64,000 bases of DNA, taken from Flavobacteriales bacterium. Its GTDB lineage: Bacteria > Bacteroidota > Bacteroidia > Flavobacteriales > TMED113. The stretch is taken from positions 10,898 through 74,897 of the forward strand of contig PBGD01000007.1 of assembly GCA_002718895.1 (NCBI GenBank), given 5' to 3'. The position numbers were made by a program, and so were the translations under genes. A model generated the notes under the pieces. The model was given only the letters and a program-made list of their open reading frames with translations, was not told where the DNA came from and did no database searches. How positions within the stretch are numbered: position 1 is the stretch's first letter; every line of letters begins with the position of its first letter. Of this stretch, positions 27,550-37,770 are shown in pieces.

Positions 27550-28359
27550 TTACTTATTGATTTTAATTAAAGTGTTTTCCGCCTTGACCAAATTTATATA
27601 CACAGATCCAACTAGAACAGGGATTTCTAATTTAATTGGAATGTGCATTTTGTCTGCAGAAACCCACAAAAATGCTCCAAGCGAATGTTTAAACAATCTA
27701 CCTTTCTCTAAGTAGGGCTCAAGCTTAATCGTCTTTATTTCCCCAAATTTACTTTTAATACTTTCCTCACCATGATTTATTATATATGAATTATATGTTT
27801 TACCTTGATAAAGGTATGAAAAGCAAATTGTATCTGTCAATAAAAGATCTTCATGTAAAATTGTTCTAAGTTGATAAAATGTTGATAGTAAATCATTTGG
27901 TTGATTTTGGTTAAAAAAGACAAAAGGCTCTTCGTATTTATATTTACCCTCTTTAATTTTCATTTTAGATTTTATTGTTTTTAGTGAATTAATTTCAACT
28001 ATTGATTGATAATAGTGTTGAACACTGAAAATTAAACTAAAAATATTTGTTGTTTTACCTTTTGCATTAATTATATAGTGTGCGGCATTATTAAGGTTCT
28101 CATTTTTATTGTTAATATAAAACTCTGCATGACCTGCAAGTAATTTTTTTCTGGCTTGATTTCTTTTCCCATAATATATTCTGTATTTAAGTAATTCACC
28201 AAAGCTAAAAGCATTATTTAAATTTTTATTTGGATCACAAAAACTGTAGCAATCAATTTTTTTAGTAAAAACAGTATCTTTTGGAAAAAAAATAGATTTA
28301 TTTTGAGAAAAACTTGAAAAAAATCCAAAAAAACAAAAAAAAATGACATATTTTATCAT
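27550..28359 (-). CDS. DUF3108-like exported protein
   Basis: Signal peptide, AFSFGELLKY, DLLS.FY.LR, LWVSADK.HIP.K....LVGS. Confidence 0.75.
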   Translation of the reverse strand: MIKYVIFFCFFGFFSSFSQNKSIFFPKDTVFTKKIDCYSFCDPNKNLNNAFSFGELLKYRIYYGKRNQARKKLLAGHAEFYINNKNENLNNAAHYIINAKGKTTNIFSLIFSVQHYYQSIVEINSLKTIKSKMKIKEGKYKYEEPFVFFNQNQPNDLLSTFYQLRTILHEDLLLTDTICFSYLYQGKTYNSYIINHGEESIKSKFGEIKTIKLEPYLEKGRLFKHSLGAFLWVSADKMHIPIKLEIPVLVGSVYINLVKAENTLIKINK

Positions 28360-28460
28360 ACTGAAATAAATAGGTGAATAGTGTTATTTTTTTAGAAAAA
28401 AGGCATAAAAAGGGGTTTTTTTTCACATTTTTTTACAAAAAATAAGATTTTATTCAAATT

Positions 28461-31232
28461 TTAAGCAACTATATTAATGATTTTGTTTGGTACAATTATA
28501 ATTCGTTTAATCTTCTTTCCGCCAAGGTATTTATGTGTATTATCATTCGATACAATTTTATTTTCAATTTCTTTTTTAGATAAATTCTTTAATACATTTA
28601 ATTTGAATTTGAGTTTCCCATTAAAAGAAACGGGATATGTAAAGTGACTTTCTTGTAAATACTTATCATTATATTTTGGCCATTTTGCTTCTGATATAGA
28701 ATTTGGATTGCCTAATTTTTCCCATAACTCCTCAGTAATAAATGGAGCATAAGGAGAAAGTAAAATCAAAAAATCACTAATTATTGCCTTTTTATTACAC
28801 TTTAAATCCATTAATTCATTTATGCAAATCATTAATGCACTTACAACAGTGTTAAAAGAGTATCTATTTAAATCTTGAGTTATTTTTTTTATACACTTAT
28901 GTATAGATTTGTTTTCTTCTAAAGTTGGATTTGTGTCTACAATATTAAATTGATTATGTTTATCATGTGTTAAGCGCCATACTTTTTTTAAAAAATTATG
29001 TACACCATTAATTCCGTTTGTGTCCCATGGTTTGTATTGTTCTAATGGACCCAAAAACATTTCATATAACCTTAAAGTGTCTGCTCCGAATTTTTCAACT
29101 AGATCATCTGGAGTTTGAGTGTTGTATTTAGATTTTGACATTTTTTCTACTTCATAGCCACATTTGTATTTTGAGTCTTCATTCAGAATAAATTTAGCAT
29201 TTTTGTATTCGGAACGCCATGTTTTAAACTTGTCTATATCAAGTATATCATTTTTTACAAAATCGATATTGACATATAGTTTATTAGTTTTGTATTTGTT
29301 TTTTAATTCATCTGTAACAAATGTATTTGTTTTGGTAATTCTGTATACAAAATTAGACCTACCTAAAATCATGCCTTGATTAATTAATTTTTTAAATGGT
29401 TCTTTAAAATTTATAAATCCACGATCATAAAGAAATTTTGTCCAAAATCTAGAGTAGAGTAAATGGCCCACTGCATGTTCTGCACCTCCAATATAAAGGT
29501 CAACTTGCCCCCAGTAATTTGCTTTTTCTTTTGAAACAAATTCTTTTTCATTTTTGGGGTCCATGAACCTTAGAAAATACCATGATGAACCAGCCCAGCC
29601 AGGCATAGTATTATATTCCATTTTCTCGCCTTCAAAAATATTCCAATCAGATTTTTTAGCCCTAGCAAGTGGAGGTTCACCATGAGAAGTTGGGAGATAT
29701 TTATCTATCTTTGGTAATTCTACAGCTTCATGGTTGTTAATTATATAGGGAGCCCCATTTTTATAATATACCGGAAAAGGTTCTCCCCAATATCTTTGGC
29801 GACTAAATATAGCATCACGAAGTCTATAATTAATTTTAGCTAAGCCAATTCCCATTTCAACCAATTTACATGTTGATTTATCTATTGCATCACTTGCTCT
29901 TAAATCATTTAAAAAATCTGAATTTGCAATAATTGCATCCATATTTTGATACGCACTTTTTGCAATGTCTCTATTTTTAAAAATGTTTTTAATTTTTAAT
30001 TTGAATTTTTGAGCAAATTCCCAATCTCTTTGATCACCACAAGGAACTGCCATTATAGCACCAGTTCCATATGAGGAAAGAACATAATCTGCAATCCAAA
30101 TTGGCAATTTTTCTTTATTGAAAGGATGTATAACATAATTGCCTGAAAAAACCCCACTTATAGTTCTTGAATCAGACTGCCTGTCCCTTTCAGATCTTAA
30201 AGAAGCTTTTTCACAATAATCCTGAACGGTTTTTTTTGTTGATTCTGTAACAATTTTAGCAACTAATGGGTGTTCAGGAGAGATCACGATAAATGTAGTT
30301 CCAAAAATTGTATCTGGTCTTGTAGTAAAAACATCAATTAAATGATTTTTACAAGATGTTTGAAATTGAATTACGACTCCCTTTGATTTACCAATCCAGT
30401 TTTTTTGTGTTTCTTTTATTGCATCACTCCAATCTATTTCATCTAGATCATTTAAAAGACGCTCTGCATACGCTGTTATACGTAAAGACCATTGCTGCAT
30501 TTTTTTTTGTTTAACTGGAAAATTGCCTCTTTCTGAAAATCCATCTTTTACTTCATCATTTGCTAAAACTGTACCTAAGCCTTCACACCAATTTACTAAT
30601 GTTTCAGAAAGGAATGCTAAACGATATTTAAGAACTATAGATTGTTGTTTTGCATGAGTCCAGGAAAGCCATTGTTTTTTTGTGAAAATTGGAGTGTCTG
30701 TATCACACGGTGACTTAACATCAATATTACCATTTCTTTCAAACTCTGCAATTAGTTCTGAAATAGGCAAAGCTTTATCATCAATATTGCAATAATATGA
30801 TTGATATAATTGTTTAAAAATCCACTGTGTCCATTTGTAGTACTTTGGGTCTGATGTTTGAATTTCTCTTGACCAATCAAATGAAAAACCGATCTTATTT
30901 AGTTGATTTCTGTATCTTTTAATATTTTGTTTTGTGGTTAGTTCTGGATGCTGTCCAGTTTCAATAGCATATTGTTCTGCAGGTAAACCGAATGAATCAT
31001 AACCCATAGGGTGAAGAACATTATATCCATTTAACTTTTTATATCTTGCATAAATATCTGAAGCAATGTACCCCAACGGGTGACCTACATGTAAACCTGA
31101 CCCAGATGGATAGGGGAACATGTCCAAAACATAATATTTTTTTTTATTTATATTTTCTTTACTTAAATGAGTTTTTTGTTCATCCCATTTTTTACTCCAT
31201 TTTTTTTCTATTTTATTAAAGTTATAATCCAT
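28461..31232 (-). CDS. leuS: Leucine--tRNA ligase
   Basis: MFPYPSGSGLHVGH, FTTRPDT, SRQRYWGEP, YIGGAEHA, KMSKS. Confidence 0.98.
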   Translation of the reverse strand: MDYNFNKIEKKWSKKWDEQKTHLSKENINKKKYYVLDMFPYPSGSGLHVGHPLGYIASDIYARYKKLNGYNVLHPMGYDSFGLPAEQYAIETGQHPELTTKQNIKRYRNQLNKIGFSFDWSREIQTSDPKYYKWTQWIFKQLYQSYYCNIDDKALPISELIAEFERNGNIDVKSPCDTDTPIFTKKQWLSWTHAKQQSIVLKYRLAFLSETLVNWCEGLGTVLANDEVKDGFSERGNFPVKQKKMQQWSLRITAYAERLLNDLDEIDWSDAIKETQKNWIGKSKGVVIQFQTSCKNHLIDVFTTRPDTIFGTTFIVISPEHPLVAKIVTESTKKTVQDYCEKASLRSERDRQSDSRTISGVFSGNYVIHPFNKEKLPIWIADYVLSSYGTGAIMAVPCGDQRDWEFAQKFKLKIKNIFKNRDIAKSAYQNMDAIIANSDFLNDLRASDAIDKSTCKLVEMGIGLAKINYRLRDAIFSRQRYWGEPFPVYYKNGAPYIINNHEAVELPKIDKYLPTSHGEPPLARAKKSDWNIFEGEKMEYNTMPGWAGSSWYFLRFMDPKNEKEFVSKEKANYWGQVDLYIGGAEHAVGHLLYSRFWTKFLYDRGFINFKEPFKKLINQGMILGRSNFVYRITKTNTFVTDELKNKYKTNKLYVNIDFVKNDILDIDKFKTWRSEYKNAKFILNEDSKYKCGYEVEKMSKSKYNTQTPDDLVEKFGADTLRLYEMFLGPLEQYKPWDTNGINGVHNFLKKVWRLTHDKHNQFNIVDTNPTLEENKSIHKCIKKITQDLNRYSFNTVVSALMICINELMDLKCNKKAIISDFLILLSPYAPFITEELWEKLGNPNSISEAKWPKYNDKYLQESHFTYPVSFNGKLKFKLNVLKNLSKKEIENKIVSNDNTHKYLGGKKIKRIIIVPNKIINIVA

Positions 31233-31313
31233 CTTTATAGTAAGTATAATTATTTAAATGTATAAATTATATACAACATTAAATAAAATGATTATTTAAT
31301 TTTATATTTAAAG

Positions 31314-32192
31314 ATGGCATTAAAAACAGAGAATTTTTTTAAAAGTCAACTAAGGGTTTCTAAAATATCTATTTTTTTAGCAACAACTTTCTCATTTTTA
31401 TTAATGTTTATTATAGGATTAGTCATAATTAATTCCCACGCACTACAGACCAATCTCAAAGAAAATGTTGTAATGAATGTGGTTCTTGTAAATTCGTTAA
31501 AAGAAAAGGAAACGCAACAGCTAATAAAGTCTCTAAGTATTATGTCACATATAAAATCTGTAAAGTTTATTTCCAAGGAAGTTGCAGCAGAAGAACTTAA
31601 AAGTCAACTAGGCGAAAACTTTTTAGAATTGCTTGATGCAAATCCACTTTCAGATATTATAGAAATTAAATATGTTGCAGAATTTGTTAGTGCATCAAGT
31701 TTGTTAAATGAAAGAGATAATTTAAATAAATATTATCAAATAGATGAGGTTTTTTATGATCGAAATTTGTTATCACTGATTGATACCAGTTTTAATAAAT
31801 TAGCTACTTTTATTTTATTGTTTTCCTGCTTGATTATTTTTATATCCTTTAATCTAATTCATAGTAATATCAGACTCACTATTTATTCAAAAAGATTTTT
31901 GTTAAAAACTATGCAGCTAGTAGGTGCCACGAAGAGTTTTATACAGAAACCCTTTTTGACCTCAAACTTATTATCTTCACTATTTGCTTCAACTTTTGGT
32001 ATTTTTTTGTTGTCAGCTATATATTTTGTGGCTAAGGATCGACTGCCATCAATACAACAATTCATGTCTTTTAATGAAATATTATATTTACTTATAGTTG
32101 TATCTTTAGTTAATATTTTAATATCTTTTCTTTGTACATGGTTTTGTGTTAGAAACTATTTAAATTTGAGTACAGAAGATTTATATAAATAA
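31314..32192 (+). CDS. ftsX: Cell division permease-like protein FtsX
   Basis: Four TM helices; FISKE.A, NPL, IRLTIYSKRF..KTMQLVGAT..FIQKPF. Confidence 0.9.
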   Translation: MALKTENFFKSQLRVSKISIFLATTFSFLLMFIIGLVIINSHALQTNLKENVVMNVVLVNSLKEKETQQLIKSLSIMSHIKSVKFISKEVAAEELKSQLGENFLELLDANPLSDIIEIKYVAEFVSASSLLNERDNLNKYYQIDEVFYDRNLLSLIDTSFNKLATFILLFSCLIIFISFNLIHSNIRLTIYSKRFLLKTMQLVGATKSFIQKPFLTSNLLSSLFASTFGIFLLSAIYFVAKDRLPSIQQFMSFNEILYLLIVVSLVNILISFLCTWFCVRNYLNLSTEDLYK

Positions 32193-32422
32193 TGATTATG
32201 TCAGATCAAAAAAAATTTCTTTTCAATAAAAAAAATTATATTTTATTAATTATAAGTTTGTTATTTATTTCCATTGGTTTTGCATTAATGATAGGTGGCG
32301 GGGGAGTGACTAATTCAGATTTTAATCCGGAAATCTTCTCACCTCGACGAATTATCTATGCACCAATTGTAATTATTATGGGATATATTTTGATTGGCAT
32401 TTCAATTTTTTACAATGATTGA
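32192..32422 (+). CDS. DUF3098-like small membrane protein
   Basis: F.KKNY.L, LM.GGG, FNPEIFS.RRI..AP; usual position between ftsX and uppP. Confidence 0.85.
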   Translation: MIMSDQKKFLFNKKNYILLIISLLFISIGFALMIGGGGVTNSDFNPEIFSPRRIIYAPIVIIMGYILIGISIFYND

Positions 32423-33203
32423 AGAGCTTAAGTATTTTCTGTTGGGACTTATTCAGGGGCTAGCAGAATTTTTTCCTATTAGTAGTAGTGGACACATTGT
32501 CCTTTTTTCAAATTTAATAGATCTTTCAAGTAATCACCCTTTATTATTATCAATTGTAGTTCATTTTGCAACAACTTTAAGTACAATTATTGTCTATAAA
32601 AAAAGAATTTTTAATACTCTAAAGGGTGTTATGTGTCAAAGCCATGAGTCTGTATCATTTGTTACTAAAATCATTGTTTCATCCTTACCAATTGTAATTG
32701 TGGGTATTTTATTTAGGGAAAAAATAGAGTTTGTATTTAATCACTCTACTCAATTAGTAGCTCTTATGTTAACTCTTACAGGATTAATGTTAGTTTTTAA
32801 TCATAAACAAACAACACCCAAAAAGCATATAAACTATATGGATGCATTGTTAATGGGGGTTGCACAAAGTATTGCAATTTTACCAGGAATTTCAAGATCA
32901 GGAGCGACAATATCAATGGCACTATTATGTAAAATTGACAGAAAAAAAGCAGCAGAATTTTCTTTTTTAATGGTTTTATTACCCATTATTGGGATCACTA
33001 TTATTGAATTAATTATTTTACTTTCATCTTCTATTAACTTAAAATCAAGCGAAATATATGGACTTATAATTGCCTTTTTTTCTGCATTCATCTCAGGATT
33101 ATTTGCGTGTAGATACATGATAAGATTAGTTCAAAATAATAATTTAAAGTACTTTGGTTATTATTGCATTTTAGTTGGATTTTTTTTCATTCTGTTATAT
33201 TAA
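32415..33203 (+). CDS. uppP: Undecaprenyl-diphosphate phosphatase
   Basis: QGLAEFFPISSSGH, PGISRSGATI, AAEFSF; ATG 32415 preferred. Confidence 0.95.
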   Translation: MIEELKYFLLGLIQGLAEFFPISSSGHIVLFSNLIDLSSNHPLLLSIVVHFATTLSTIIVYKKRIFNTLKGVMCQSHESVSFVTKIIVSSLPIVIVGILFREKIEFVFNHSTQLVALMLTLTGLMLVFNHKQTTPKKHINYMDALLMGVAQSIAILPGISRSGATISMALLCKIDRKKAAEFSFLMVLLPIIGITIIELIILLSSSINLKSSEIYGLIIAFFSAFISGLFACRYMIRLVQNNNLKYFGYYCILVGFFFILLY

Positions 33204-33206
33204 GTT

Positions 33207-33893
33207 TTGATTAGCAAACATAAACCATCAGGCATATATTTGATAAACAAGCCTATTTCTTGGTCCTCTTTTGATGTTGTTAAAAAAATAAGGTCTTTTC
33301 TAAGAAAAAAATATAATATAAAAAAAATAAAAGTCGGACATTGTGGTACATTAGACCCATTAGCTTCAGGTTTATTAATAGTATTTGTTGGAGACAAAAC
33401 TAAAATTATAAGCCAGTATCAAAATTTAGATAAAGAATATATTGGAACTATAAAATTAGGGTCTGTCACAGATAGTTTTGATCGAGAAACAAAAGAGAAA
33501 AATCACAAGCCCTACTCTAATTTATCAATTGGTTCTATTAAGGAAGTTATAGAATCATTTCTTGGGCAACAAGACCAAATGCCACCAATTTTCTCTGCTG
33601 TTAAAATAAATGGTGAAAGATTGTATAAGCATGCTAGAAATGGTAATTATAATATTCATCTGGAACCTAGAATTATAAAAATCCATAAAATTAGTATTCT
33701 ATCAATTGATTTGCCTTTTTTGCAAATTTTAATTCGATGTAGTAAGGGAACATACATAAGGTCTTTGGCACATGATATTGGCAAAAAACTAGGTTGTGGT
33801 GCCTACTTGTTTAATTTGAAGAGATCTAAGATTGGACAACATAATTTGGTAGATGCATGTACTTTGGAAGAATTTATTAATAATTATAGTTAG
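33207..33893 (+). CDS. truB: tRNA pseudouridine(55) synthase
   Basis: KVGHCGTLDPLASG, PPIFSAVKING.RLY, CSKGTYIRSLAHD. Confidence 0.96.
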   Translation: MISKHKPSGIYLINKPISWSSFDVVKKIRSFLRKKYNIKKIKVGHCGTLDPLASGLLIVFVGDKTKIISQYQNLDKEYIGTIKLGSVTDSFDRETKEKNHKPYSNLSIGSIKEVIESFLGQQDQMPPIFSAVKINGERLYKHARNGNYNIHLEPRIIKIHKISILSIDLPFLQILIRCSKGTYIRSLAHDIGKKLGCGAYLFNLKRSKIGQHNLVDACTLEEFINNYS

Positions 33894-33933
33894 GAGATAA
33901 TTTTACTTTAATTTCTTACATATTATAATTTTG

Positions 33934-33941
33934 TATATTTG
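33934..33941 (+). promoter_or_regulatory. Bacteroidota -7 promoter element (TATATTTG) upstream of queA
   Basis: Matches TAnnTTTG, 28 bp upstream of ATG 33970. Confidence 0.6.
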
Positions 33942-33969
33942 CCTTTATTTTCATCTACCTTTAAACACC

Positions 33970-35025
33970 ATGAAGCTTAAATTATCTCATTTTGATTTTA
34001 AATTACCTGAAGAATTACTTAGAACTGATCCATTAGAAAATAGAGATGAATCTAGAATGATGGTTGTTCATAGAAATACTGGCGAAATTGAACATAGAAA
34101 ATTTAAAGATATTTTAGAATATTTTACGGAAGATGATGTTATGGTTTTAAATAACACAAAAGTAATACCTGCTAGATTATATGGCAATAAGGAAAAAACA
34201 GGTGCTAAGATCGAAGTTTTTTTAATGAGAGAGCTTAACAAAGAAAGTAGATTATGGGATGTGTTAGTTGATCCAGCTAGAAAAATTAGAATTGGCAACA
34301 AATTATATTTTGGTGAAAATGATGAGTTAATCGCAGAAGTTATTGACAACACAACTTCAAGAGGAAGAACGTTGCGGTTTTTACATGATGCACCTTATGA
34401 TGAATTCAAAAAGACTATTGAAAAGTTAGGACAAACACCACTTCCAAAATATATTAAGCGTGAACCAAATATCGAAGATGAAGAAAAATACCAAACAGTT
34501 TACGCAAAGCATAAAGGTGCTGTTGCTGCACCAACGGCTGGATTACATTTTAGTAAAATTGTATTAAAAAGATTAGAAATACTAGGTGTTAGTTTACCAG
34601 AAATCACCCTCCACATAGGACTAGGAACTTTTCGTCCTGTAGAAGTAGAAGATTTGTCTAAGCATAAAATGGATTCAGAAGAAATTTTTATAAATGATAG
34701 TGTAACTTCAGTTGTTAATCAAGCAATCAATAATAAAAAAAGAATTTGTGCTATAGGAACAACCACTATGCGCGCATTAGAAACACCAGTTTCATCATAT
34801 AAAACATTAAAGCCGTTCCAGGGTTGGACAAATAAATTTATTTTCCCACCACATGAATTTCAAATTGCAAATTCTTTACTTACAAATTTTCATTCTCCTA
34901 AATCTACAGTTTTAATGATGGTAAGTGCTTTTGGTGGACATGATTTGATTATGAAGGCCTACAAAGAAGCTATTAAAGAAAAATATAATTTTTTAAGCTA
35001 TGGCGATTGTATGTTGATAATTTAA
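33970..35025 (+). CDS. queA: S-adenosylmethionine:tRNA ribosyltransferase-isomerase
   Basis: [48 protein letters not shown]. Confidence 0.97.
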   Translation: MKLKLSHFDFKLPEELLRTDPLENRDESRMMVVHRNTGEIEHRKFKDILEYFTEDDVMVLNNTKVIPARLYGNKEKTGAKIEVFLMRELNKESRLWDVLVDPARKIRIGNKLYFGENDELIAEVIDNTTSRGRTLRFLHDAPYDEFKKTIEKLGQTPLPKYIKREPNIEDEEKYQTVYAKHKGAVAAPTAGLHFSKIVLKRLEILGVSLPEITLHIGLGTFRPVEVEDLSKHKMDSEEIFINDSVTSVVNQAINNKKRICAIGTTTMRALETPVSSYKTLKPFQGWTNKFIFPPHEFQIANSLLTNFHSPKSTVLMMVSAFGGHDLIMKAYKEAIKEKYNFLSYGDCMLII

Positions 35026-35762
35026 TGGCAACTCACATTTTAATATTAGCTGCAGGTGAAGGTTCCAGACTGAGAAATGATACGCCAAAACAATTTTTAG
35101 AAATTTCCGGCTTACCAATGGTTTTCCATAGCGTAAAAATGTTTAGACAAATAATTCCCGATTCAATAATACATATTGCATTACCCAAACATTATACTTC
35201 TAAGTGGTCGGATCTTTGTCATAAGCATAAATTTAAAGTCTCTCATAATTTTTATAATGGTGGTAATAGTAGAATTGAAACTGTATTTATTGGTTTAAAT
35301 AAAATAAACAAAGGTGAAAATATTTTTACTAGCTCAACCATTGGAATACATGACGCTGCTCGTCCTTTTATAAAAGGAGGATTAATAAGGAAATTATTGA
35401 GTTCAGCTAAAAAATATGGTAGCGCAGTTCCATACGTAACCCCTAATAGTGCTTTATTTCAATTTCCAAAAAATGATAAAAAATCTTGCAGTATAACTAA
35501 TCGAAATGATTATGCATTGATACAAACCCCCCAATTCTTTAATTTTAATCAACTTTTCTATAGCTACAGTAAAGTTTTTTCTAAATTTAAAACTAATGAT
35601 TTGTCATCAATCTTTTTAGATGATTCATCTGTATATAATTATTTCAAAATTCATCCAAAGTTGCAATTTATAAAAGGTGATTATTCAAATCTAAAAATAA
35701 CTACGGATGCAGATTATTTTATTGCAGATAAGTTATATGAATATACCAAGAAAACAAAATGA
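35025..35762 (+). CDS. ispD: 2-C-methyl-D-erythritol 4-phosphate cytidylyltransferase
   Basis: LAAGEGSRL...PKQFL, IHDAARP, QTPQ.F, NLKITT..D. Confidence 0.9.
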   Translation: MATHILILAAGEGSRLRNDTPKQFLEISGLPMVFHSVKMFRQIIPDSIIHIALPKHYTSKWSDLCHKHKFKVSHNFYNGGNSRIETVFIGLNKINKGENIFTSSTIGIHDAARPFIKGGLIRKLLSSAKKYGSAVPYVTPNSALFQFPKNDKKSCSITNRNDYALIQTPQFFNFNQLFYSYSKVFSKFKTNDLSSIFLDDSSVYNYFKIHPKLQFIKGDYSNLKITTDADYFIADKLYEYTKKTK

Positions 35763-36802
35763 ATGAAATTAAGTTAGATATTCGAGAAATTTCACTAGGA
35801 CAGCTAAAAGATTTTTTTATTGAAAAATCTCACAAATCTTTTCGAGCAGCACAGGTTTGGGAATGGATATGGAAACATAGAGTGCTTAATTTTGACAAAA
35901 TGACAAATTTGTCATTAAAACACATACAGTGTTTAAAGAAGCATTATACCATCAAAAAAATCAATATACTAGAATTTCATATTAGCAGTGATGGAACCGT
36001 GAAATTTTTATTCGAACTGGAATCTAAGAAGGTTGTTGAGGGTGTTTTAATTCCTCAAAGAAATAGACTTACTGCTTGCATTTCTTCTCAAGCTGGATGT
36101 AGCTTAGCATGCACTTTTTGTGCTACAGGTCAAATTAAATTACATAGAAATTTAAATCCTGGTGAAATATATGATCAAGTCTTTTTTATCAACCAGTATG
36201 CAGTAAAACACTTTAAAAAACCTTTAACTAATATTGTCTATATGGGAATGGGAGAACCTTTCTTGAATTATAAAAATGTTTTAAAAAGTATTCATTACAT
36301 TACGTCAAGTTTTGGTATGGCAATGTCCTATAAGAGAATCACTGTATCTACAGTGGGTATAACTAAAATAATTAAGAAAATTGCTGATGAGGGTGTAAAA
36401 TTTAATTTAGCTATTTCTTTACATTCTGCAAGTAATACTTTACGTTCTAAATTAATGGATATAAACAAAACAAATGATTTAGATAGCTTGTTAAATTCAT
36501 TAATTTATTTTTACGATAAAACTAGAATTAAGCCCACTTATGAATATGTTTTATTAAGTGGAGTTAACGATTCAGAACAAGATGCAAAACTTCTAGTTAA
36601 ATTTTGCAAAAAAAATCCATGTAAAGTAAATTTAATTGAGTATAACAAAGTTGCTAATTCAATTTATGAGAAATCTACTAATTTGGCTACCATTAAGTTC
36701 ATCAAATTACTAGAAAAAAATAATATTTTAGTGAAATTTAGACGAAGTCGTGGTGCAGATGTAAATGCTGCATGCGGCCAGTTAGCAAATAAAATAAATT
36801 AG
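35759..36802 (+). CDS. rlmN: Dual-specificity RNA methyltransferase RlmN
   Basis: CISSQAGCSLACTFCATG, MGMGEP, ISLH, AACGQL. Confidence 0.96.
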   Translation: MNEIKLDIREISLGQLKDFFIEKSHKSFRAAQVWEWIWKHRVLNFDKMTNLSLKHIQCLKKHYTIKKINILEFHISSDGTVKFLFELESKKVVEGVLIPQRNRLTACISSQAGCSLACTFCATGQIKLHRNLNPGEIYDQVFFINQYAVKHFKKPLTNIVYMGMGEPFLNYKNVLKSIHYITSSFGMAMSYKRITVSTVGITKIIKKIADEGVKFNLAISLHSASNTLRSKLMDINKTNDLDSLLNSLIYFYDKTRIKPTYEYVLLSGVNDSEQDAKLLVKFCKKNPCKVNLIEYNKVANSIYEKSTNLATIKFIKLLEKNNILVKFRRSRGADVNAACGQLANKIN

Positions 36803-36804
36803 TT

Positions 36805-37770
36805 TTGAATTTTTTAAAATACATAGAAACAGAATTATCAATATTTGATACCAGATTCAAAAGTAATTTGTCAACTAAGGCTAATTTATTACATAAGATC
36901 ACATCATATTTAAGTCAAAAAAGTGGTAAAAAAATCAGACCTATTTGTACAATTTTAGCTGCAGGATTATGTGGGGAAATTCATGAAAAAACATATCGTG
37001 GAGCAGTTTTAATTGAACTTTTACACACAGCAACATTAATTCATGATGATGTTGTTGATGAGGCATACCTACGTAGGAACCAAATTTCTATAAATGCTAT
37101 GTGGAAAAATAAAGTAGCAGTTTTAACTGGGGATTATTTTTTAGCCAAGGGTCTTAAACTTGCTGTATCATCAAAAGATTTTGATTTGCTATATTTAATG
37201 TCTGATGTAGTTCAAAAAATAGTTGAGGGTGAATTAATCCAAATAGAAAAAACTAAAAAGTTAAATTTGATAGTTGATGATTATTTCAAAATAATTGAAT
37301 TAAAAACAGGAGCCTTATTTCAAAGTGCTTTTGAAGCAGGTGCACTTTCAGTTGGTGCTAATGATCATCAATTTAAAATAATGTCTCAATTAGGCATAAA
37401 AATTGGCTTAATGTTTCAAATTAAAGATGATATATTAGATTATCCTATAAATTCAAAAAAAACTGGTAAAATAAAAGGTAATGATATTAAAGAAGGAAAA
37501 ATTAACTTACCTCTTTTAAAATCAATAACTAAAATGAATTTTAATCAAAAACAAAATGTTTATAGAATCTTAAGAAAAAAATCTAATAATTCTGATGAAA
37601 TAAAATATATTCAAGATTTAGTTTTTCAATATGATGGTATTCAACATGCAGAAAGTTTACTTAAATCCTATTATGATGAAATAATGCTTCTATTAGTTTC
37701 ATTTAAAAAAAATACCTATAAAGACGCCCTACTTTCTTTATTAAATTATTTAATTGTCCGTTCAAAATGA
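36805..37770 (+). CDS. Polyprenyl diphosphate synthase (IspB-like)
   Basis: GKKIRP, HDDVVD...RR, GDY, FQIKDD.LD, GK..GND..EGK. Confidence 0.93.
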   Translation: MNFLKYIETELSIFDTRFKSNLSTKANLLHKITSYLSQKSGKKIRPICTILAAGLCGEIHEKTYRGAVLIELLHTATLIHDDVVDEAYLRRNQISINAMWKNKVAVLTGDYFLAKGLKLAVSSKDFDLLYLMSDVVQKIVEGELIQIEKTKKLNLIVDDYFKIIELKTGALFQSAFEAGALSVGANDHQFKIMSQLGIKIGLMFQIKDDILDYPINSKKTGKIKGNDIKEGKINLPLLKSITKMNFNQKQNVYRILRKKSNNSDEIKYIQDLVFQYDGIQHAESLLKSYYDEIMLLLVSFKKNTYKDALLSLLNYLIVRSK